Positions 57,975 through 64,000 of a stretch of DNA of 64,000 bases are shown here, piece by piece (the stretch's first letter is position 1; each line of letters opens with the position of its first letter). Location: positions 2,381 to 66,380 of the forward strand of contig JAQXRI010000010.1 in NCBI GenBank assembly GCA_029218445.1. The letters run 5' to 3'. The notes under the pieces are model-generated. The model saw only the letters and a program-made list of their open reading frames with translations, was not told the DNA's origin and ran no database searches. Source of the DNA: Prevotellaceae bacterium. GTDB taxonomy: Bacteria > Bacteroidota > Bacteroidia > Bacteroidales > Bacteroidaceae. Position numbers and translations under genes: made by a program.

Positions 57975-59819
57975 ATGTGTGGTATAGTAGGTTATATAGG
58001 CAGACAAGATGCCTTCCCCATTCTCATCAAAGGTTTGAGAAGATTGGAATACAGAGGCTATGACAGTGCAGGTGTCGCTTTGGTAAACAGCGACGGCAAC
58101 CTCAACGTTTATAAGACAAAAGGAAAAGTTGATGATCTGGTAAATTACTGTGACGACAAGAATGTGTCGGGTACCATTGGCATTGCCCACACACGTTGGG
58201 CCACCCACGGCGAGCCTTCGTCGGTGAATGCCCATCCCCATTATTCGCAATCAAAGAATCTTGCCATAATCCACAATGGCATTATCGAGAACTATGCGCA
58301 GTTGAGAGGCCGCCTAAGGGCAAAGGGCATCAACTTCGTGTCAGACACCGACACCGAGGTGCTGGTTCAGCTGATAGAATACATACAGGAGCGCAAGAAT
58401 CTTAATCTGCTCACGGCCGTTCAGCTGGCACTGCATGAAGTGATAGGCGCATACGCCATTGCTGTCTTGGACCGCCGCCATCCCGACACAATCATAGCCG
58501 CCCGCAATCAAAGCCCGCTTGTAGTAGGCATTGGCAACGGCGAGTTCTTCCTTGGCTCCGACGCAAGCCCAATAATAGAATACACCGACAAGGTGGTTTA
58601 TCTGGAAGATGGAAACATTGCAGTGATAAACAGGAACGAAGACCTGAAGGTTGTCAACATTCAAAACAGGAAACTTTATCCGGAAATACAAACGGTTGAC
58701 ATCAACCTTGGACAAATAGAGAAGGGCGGCTACCCGCACTTCATGCTGAAGGAGATTTTTGAACAGCCCGACTGCCTGACCAACTGCATGCGCGGACGCG
58801 TAAACATCGACACGGACAACGTCGTGCTCAGTGCCGTCATCGACTATAAGAAACAGCTTCTCAACGCAAAGCGTTTCATCATCGTGGCCTGCGGCACCTC
58901 GTGGCACGCAGGACTGATAGGCAAGCAGATTATCGAGAACTTCTGCCGCATACCCGTTGAGGTAGAATACGCTTCAGAGTTCCGCTACCGCAACCCTGTG
59001 ATAACCAAAGACGACGTCGTGATAGCCATTTCTCAGTCGGGCGAGACCGCCGACACCCTTGCCGCCGTCAAGCTGGCCAAAAAGCACGGAGCCTTCATCT
59101 ACGGCATCTGCAACGCCATTGGCTCAAGCATTCCAAGGGCCACCCACACCGGCAGCTACATACACGTAGGACCAGAGATTGGCGTGGCCTCGACAAAGGC
59201 GTTCACCGGACAGGTAACCGTCCTGTCGATGTTGGCCCTTGCACTCGCCAAAGAGCTGGGCACCATCAGTTCAGAGCAATACCTCGAAATAGTGAAGGAA
59301 CTTCACGAAATACCCAACAAGATGAAGGACGTGCTGAAGCTCAACCAGCGCATAGCCGACCTCAGCCGCACCTTCACCTACGCCCGCGACTTCCTCTTCC
59401 TGGGCCGTGGCTACAGTTATCCTGTAGCACTCGAAGGAGCGCTGAAGCTGAAAGAAATAAGCTATATCCATGCCGAAGGATACCCCGCCGCCGAAATGAA
59501 GCACGGCCCTATAGCACTCATCGACTCCGACATGCCCGTAGTGGTCATAGCCACACATAATGCGATGTACGAGAAAGTGTTGAGCAACATTCAGGAAGTG
59601 AAGGCACGCAAAGGCAAGGTGATAGCCATAGTCAGCGAGGGCGACGAAACAATAAGCCGCATAGCCGACGAAGTAATCGAGATGCCTTCGACGATAGAAT
59701 GCCTTGAGCCACTGCTCGCCACAATACCACTACAGTTGCTGGCCTACCACATTGCAGTGTGCAGGGGCAAGGACGTTGACCAGCCACGCAACTTGGCAAA
59801 ATCGGTGACGGTAGAGTAG
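57975..59819 (+). CDS. glmS: Glutamine--fructose-6-phosphate aminotransferase
   Basis: MCGIVG, LEYRGYDSAG, HTRWATHG, SQSGETADT and PRNLAKSVTVE motifs. Confidence 0.98.
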   Translation: MCGIVGYIGRQDAFPILIKGLRRLEYRGYDSAGVALVNSDGNLNVYKTKGKVDDLVNYCDDKNVSGTIGIAHTRWATHGEPSSVNAHPHYSQSKNLAIIHNGIIENYAQLRGRLRAKGINFVSDTDTEVLVQLIEYIQERKNLNLLTAVQLALHEVIGAYAIAVLDRRHPDTIIAARNQSPLVVGIGNGEFFLGSDASPIIEYTDKVVYLEDGNIAVINRNEDLKVVNIQNRKLYPEIQTVDINLGQIEKGGYPHFMLKEIFEQPDCLTNCMRGRVNIDTDNVVLSAVIDYKKQLLNAKRFIIVACGTSWHAGLIGKQIIENFCRIPVEVEYASEFRYRNPVITKDDVVIAISQSGETADTLAAVKLAKKHGAFIYGICNAIGSSIPRATHTGSYIHVGPEIGVASTKAFTGQVTVLSMLALALAKELGTISSEQYLEIVKELHEIPNKMKDVLKLNQRIADLSRTFTYARDFLFLGRGYSYPVALEGALKLKEISYIHAEGYPAAEMKHGPIALIDSDMPVVVIATHNAMYEKVLSNIQEVKARKGKVIAIVSEGDETISRIADEVIEMPSTIECLEPLLATIPLQLLAYHIAVCRGKDVDQPRNLAKSVTVE

Positions 59820-59922
59820 CATAAAGGATAATAGGGACGGATGGGATGAGTTAATTCAATCAACACAAAAACAAACAGGCAACAACAGATATTGACAAGG
59901 ATAAACAAACAACACAAAAAAC

Positions 59923-61818
59923 ATGGAGCAGTTAAAACACGAATGTGGTGTGGCGATGATAAGGCTGCTGAAGCCGCTCGACTACTACCAACGAAAGTAT
60001 GGCACATGGATGTACGGAATGAACAAGCTTTACCTCATGATGGAAAAGCAGCACAACCGTGGGCAGGAAGGAGCCGGAATGGCTTGTGTAAAACTCGGCA
60101 CAAAGCCCGGAAACGAATACATGTTCCGCGAGAAGGCCGAGGGAGCCAATGCCATTACCGAAATATTCAAGAGCGCACAGAAAGGTTTTTCCTCTCTTAC
60201 GCCTTCACAAATATCCGACCCCGACTACGCCAAAGAAAACCTTGCTTTCGCCGGTGAGCTTTACATGGGACACCTGAGATACTCGACAACAGGCAAAAGC
60301 GGACTTAAATACGTGCATCCGTTCCTGCGCCGCAACAACTGGAAAGCCAAGAATCTCTGCCTCTGCGGAAACTTCAACATGACAAACGTTGACGAGATAT
60401 TCGACAAAATCACTGCCATGGGACAATGTCCGCGCATCTACAGCGACAGCTACATCATGCTCGAATGGATGGGACACCGCCTCGACCGTGAAGTGGAACG
60501 CAACTTCGACGATGCCAAAGAGCAAGGACTGCAGGGGACGGACATTACCGACTATATCGACAACCACGTGGATATGAGCAATGTGCTGAAGACCACCATG
60601 CCCGACTTCGACGGCGGATATGTCGTCTGCGGACTCACCGGCAGCGGCGAGATGTTCTCCATGCGCGACCCTTGGGGCATTCGACCCGCCTTCTACTACA
60701 TCAACGACGAGATAGCGGTGCTGGCCAGCGAACGTCCCGTGCTGCAAACCACATTCGACCTGGAATGTGACGACATTAAAGAACTGCAGCCCGGACACGC
60801 CCTGATAGTCAACAAGAACGGAGTGGCAAAGATAGAGAAGATAATCGACCGCAGGGGCGACTCGGCCTGCTCGTTCGAGCGCATCTATTTCAGCCGCGGC
60901 TCTGACAGGGACATCTATCAAGAACGCAAAAAATTAGGCGAACTGCTCACCAAACCAATACTCAAGACCATCGACGACGACATCAACCACACGGTGTTCT
61001 CCTTCATACCAAACACAGCCGAAGTGGCCTACTACGGAATGTTGTGCGGATTTAAGGAGCAACTCAACGAACAGAAGATACAAGAGATAGAACGTCTCGG
61101 CCATAAGCCTTCACACAAAGAACTGAAGGCCATTCTCAACAAATACGTCCGTTCAGAAAAAGTGGCTTGGAAGGACATCAAGCTACGCACCTTCATAACC
61201 GAAGGCAACTCACGCAACGACTTGGCTTCACACGTCTATGACATAACCTACGAAGTTCTCGAGCCTCATGTTGACAACCTCGTAATCATAGACGACAGCA
61301 TAGTGCGCGGAACGACACTGCGCGAAAGCATCATAAAAATTCTCGACCGACTGCATCCAAGAAAGATTGTCTTGGTAAGCTCGGCTCCACAAATACGCTA
61401 TCCCGACTACTACGGCATCGACATGGCCCGCCTTGAAGAGTTCATAGCCTTCAGGGCTTGCATCGAACTGCTGAAGGAACGAGGCTTGCACTCGCTCATC
61501 GACGCAACCTACCGCGACTGCCTCAATGAGCTGAAAAAGCCAAAAGAGGAAATGCGCTGCTGCGTGAAAGCACTCTACAAGCCTTTCACCGTAGAAGAAC
61601 TGAACAACAAAATGGTGGAAATGCTGCGTCCCGCCGGCGTCACTACACCTATAGAGATTGTGTTTCAAAGCATAGAAGGCCTGCACGAAGCCATTCCCAA
61701 CCATAAGGGCGACTGGTATTTCACAGGCGACTACCCCACCCCAGGCGGCATGAAGCTCGTCAATCAGGCTTTCGTCAACTATATAGAAAAGGTTTATCAA
61801 TATCAACAGAAGTTTTAA
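59923..61818 (+). CDS. purF: Amidophosphoribosyltransferase (Bacteroidetes long form)
   Basis: HECG, QHNRGQEGAG, GHLRYST, CSFERIYFSR and IDDSIVRGTT motifs. Confidence 0.88.
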   Translation: MEQLKHECGVAMIRLLKPLDYYQRKYGTWMYGMNKLYLMMEKQHNRGQEGAGMACVKLGTKPGNEYMFREKAEGANAITEIFKSAQKGFSSLTPSQISDPDYAKENLAFAGELYMGHLRYSTTGKSGLKYVHPFLRRNNWKAKNLCLCGNFNMTNVDEIFDKITAMGQCPRIYSDSYIMLEWMGHRLDREVERNFDDAKEQGLQGTDITDYIDNHVDMSNVLKTTMPDFDGGYVVCGLTGSGEMFSMRDPWGIRPAFYYINDEIAVLASERPVLQTTFDLECDDIKELQPGHALIVNKNGVAKIEKIIDRRGDSACSFERIYFSRGSDRDIYQERKKLGELLTKPILKTIDDDINHTVFSFIPNTAEVAYYGMLCGFKEQLNEQKIQEIERLGHKPSHKELKAILNKYVRSEKVAWKDIKLRTFITEGNSRNDLASHVYDITYEVLEPHVDNLVIIDDSIVRGTTLRESIIKILDRLHPRKIVLVSSAPQIRYPDYYGIDMARLEEFIAFRACIELLKERGLHSLIDATYRDCLNELKKPKEEMRCCVKALYKPFTVEELNNKMVEMLRPAGVTTPIEIVFQSIEGLHEAIPNHKGDWYFTGDYPTPGGMKLVNQAFVNYIEKVYQYQQKF

Positions 61819-61831
61819 TTTCCTTACATAA

Positions 61832-62908
61832 ATGAAAAATGTAACTTTAGTCCTCGAAGACGGAACAAAATTCCATGGACAGTCATTCGGCTACGACGCG
61901 CCGGTGGCAGGCGAGGTTGTGTTCAACACAGCCATGATGGGTTATCCCGAAAGCCTCACCGACCCCTCTTATGCCGGACAACTCATGACTCTCACCTATC
62001 CCTTGGTGGGCAATTATGGCGTGCCACCCTTCTCTATAGAAGAAAACACGCTCGCAACATTCATGGAGAGTGACAAAATCTACGCTTCGGCAATTATCGT
62101 TGCCGACTACAGCGAGCAGTATTCACACTGGAATGCAGTGGAGAGCCTTGCCGACTGGCTGAAGCGCGAAAAGGTGCCGGGAATCACGGGCATCGACACC
62201 CGACAGCTCACCAAAGTGCTGCGCGAACATGGAGTGATGATGGGCAAGATAATCTTCGACGACCAGCCTGACAATATTCCCGAAGCAGCCTATGAGGGCG
62301 TTAACTGGGTTGACCGCGTAAGCTGCAAAGACATCATCCGCTACAACGAAGGAGCCGGCAAGAAAGTCGTCCTCGTTGACTGCGGTGTAAAGAACAATAT
62401 AATAAGGTGTCTCATCAACCGTGGCGTTGAAGTAATACGCGTGCCTTGGAACTACGACTACACCTCGATGGACTTCGACGGCCTTTTCCTCGGCAATGGA
62501 CCCGGCGACCCCGACATGTGCGAAGATGCTGTAAACATCATACGCAAGCAGATGTCGCAAAGCCGCAAGCCTATATGCGGCATCTGCATGGGCAACCAAC
62601 TCCTGGCCAAAGCCGGAGGCGCTACCATATACAAGCTGAAATACGGCCACCGCTCACACAACCAACCCGTACGCGAGGTGGGGACAAACCGCTGCTACGT
62701 GACAAGCCAAAACCACGGCTATGCCGTAGATGCAAAGACATTGGGCAGCGAGTGGCGCGAACTGTTTGTAAACATGAACGACGGCTCGAACGAGGGAGTT
62801 TGCCACAAAACCAATCCCTGGTTTACAAGCCAGTTCCATCCGGAAGCCTGCTCAGGCCCCGTTGACACAGAGTTCATGTTTGACAGTTTTATCAAAACCC
62901 TTGAATAA
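61832..62908 (+). CDS. carA: Carbamoyl-phosphate synthase small subunit
   Basis: GEVVFNT, TDPSY, NGPGDP, GICMGNQ and QFHPEA motifs. Confidence 0.97.
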   Translation: MKNVTLVLEDGTKFHGQSFGYDAPVAGEVVFNTAMMGYPESLTDPSYAGQLMTLTYPLVGNYGVPPFSIEENTLATFMESDKIYASAIIVADYSEQYSHWNAVESLADWLKREKVPGITGIDTRQLTKVLREHGVMMGKIIFDDQPDNIPEAAYEGVNWVDRVSCKDIIRYNEGAGKKVVLVDCGVKNNIIRCLINRGVEVIRVPWNYDYTSMDFDGLFLGNGPGDPDMCEDAVNIIRKQMSQSRKPICGICMGNQLLAKAGGATIYKLKYGHRSHNQPVREVGTNRCYVTSQNHGYAVDAKTLGSEWRELFVNMNDGSNEGVCHKTNPWFTSQFHPEACSGPVDTEFMFDSFIKTLE

Positions 62909-62925
62909 ATAGAAAAACAACGACA

Positions 62926-64000
62926 ATGAAAGACGACAATATAAAGAAGGTACTGCTCTTGGGTTCAGGAGCATTGAAAATTGGTGAGGCGGGAGAGTTT
63001 GACTATTCTGGTTCACAGGCACTGAAGGCCCTGCGCGAAGAAGGCGTAGAGACGGTGCTCATCAACCCCAACATCGCCACAGTGCAGACCTCGGAAGGCG
63101 TTGCCGACCAAATTTATTTCCTTCCCGTCCAGCCTTACTTCGTCGAGAAGGTAATAGCCAAGGAACAACCCGACGGCATCCTGCTCGCCTTTGGCGGACA
63201 GACAGCCCTCAACTGCGGCGTTGAGCTATACCGTAGCGGCGTACTCGAAAAATATGGAGTGAAGGTTCTCGGCACACCTGTACAGGCCATCATGGACACC
63301 GAAGACCGCGAGCTTTTCGTGGAAAAGCTAAACGAAATAGACGTCAAGACAATAAAGAGCGAGGCCTGCGAAAACATTGAACAGGCTCGACAGGCGGCAG
63401 CCGAACTCGGCTATCCCGTTATTCTGCGCGCAGCATACGCCTTGGGCGGTCTTGGCTCAGGCTTCTGCGACAACGAGGAAGAACTTGACAAACTGGCCGA
63501 AAAGGCATTCTCGTTCTCTCCACAGGTGCTCGTCGAAAAGAGCCTCAAGGGCTGGAAGGAAATAGAGTATGAGGTGGTGCGCGACAAATACGACAACTGC
63601 ATCACCGTCTGCAACATGGAAAACTTCGACCCGCTCGGCATCCACACCGGCGAAAGCATTGTGATAGCTCCGTCGCAGACACTCACCAACAGCGAATACC
63701 ACAAGCTGCGCGCCCTGTCGATAAAGATAGTACGCCACATTGGCATCGTGGGCGAGTGCAACGTGCAGTATGCCTTCGACCCACAAAGCGAAGACTATCG
63801 CGTCATAGAGGTCAACGCCCGTCTGAGCCGCTCGTCGGCATTGGCGTCAAAGGCCACTGGCTATCCTCTCGCATTCGTTGCGGCAAAGCTCGGCATGGGC
63901 TACGGCCTGTTTGAACTGAAAAACTCCGTCACCAAGACCACCAGTGCCTTTTTCGAGCCGGCCCTTGACTATGTGGTGTGCAAGATTCCACGCTGGGACC
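62926..64000 (+). CDS. carB: Carbamoyl-phosphate synthase large subunit, 3' truncated by the window
   Basis: Read directly from the sequence: ATG at 62926, [32 protein letters not shown]...; later [23 protein letters not shown]; open to the window end. Confidence 0.96.
   Translation, partial: MKDDNIKKVLLLGSGALKIGEAGEFDYSGSQALKALREEGVETVLINPNIATVQTSEGVADQIYFLPVQPYFVEKVIAKEQPDGILLAFGGQTALNCGVELYRSGVLEKYGVKVLGTPVQAIMDTEDRELFVEKLNEIDVKTIKSEACENIEQARQAAAELGYPVILRAAYALGGLGSGFCDNEEELDKLAEKAFSFSPQVLVEKSLKGWKEIEYEVVRDKYDNCITVCNMENFDPLGIHTGESIVIAPSQTLTNSEYHKLRALSIKIVRHIGIVGECNVQYAFDPQSEDYRVIEVNARLSRSSALASKATGYPLAFVAAKLGMGYGLFELKNSVTKTTSAFFEPALDYVVCKIPRWD

Overview
This looks like a chromosomal segment of a Bacteroidales bacterium, most likely Prevotellaceae. 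The assignment is inferred from gene content, the LpxC-FabZ and CbiJ-CbiD fusions, TAnnTTTG -7 promoter elements and a T9SS-type C-terminal domain. Most of the window is housekeeping: cbiD plus a B12/iron ABC transporter, rpe, fmt, ClC, tsaC, prfC, rfbD, ROK kinase, xseAB, ilvE, ferritin, trmB, menG, aroE, purM, prfA, pyrF, lpxD-lpxC/fabZ-lpxA, miaA, PBP1A, GH2, wza/wzz, uvrB, bamD, rpoZ, glmS, purF, carA and partial carB. I saw no rRNA, tRNA, CRISPR array, integrase or transposase. Unusual parts: (1) a minus-strand unit at about 44.8-49.1 kb made of a promoter, a ~450-nt leader with mutually exclusive terminator/antiterminator-like pairings, a 1216-aa T9SS-type repeat protein and a 48-aa YxxP-leader peptide; (2) a cobalamin riboswitch with its own promoter and terminator but no convincing downstream CDS; (3) an AT-rich three-gene DUF3791/DUF3990-like cassette with ADP-ribosyltransferase-like motifs beside a palindromic MITE-like element; (4) REP-like palindromes translated in frame inside cbiD; (5) 7- and 8-bp tandem arrays, some arranged as inverted pairs, that sit at gene junctions and often supply the stop codon; (6) a GHMP kinase-GalU-like fusion. 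All family names come from reading motifs, not from database searches.
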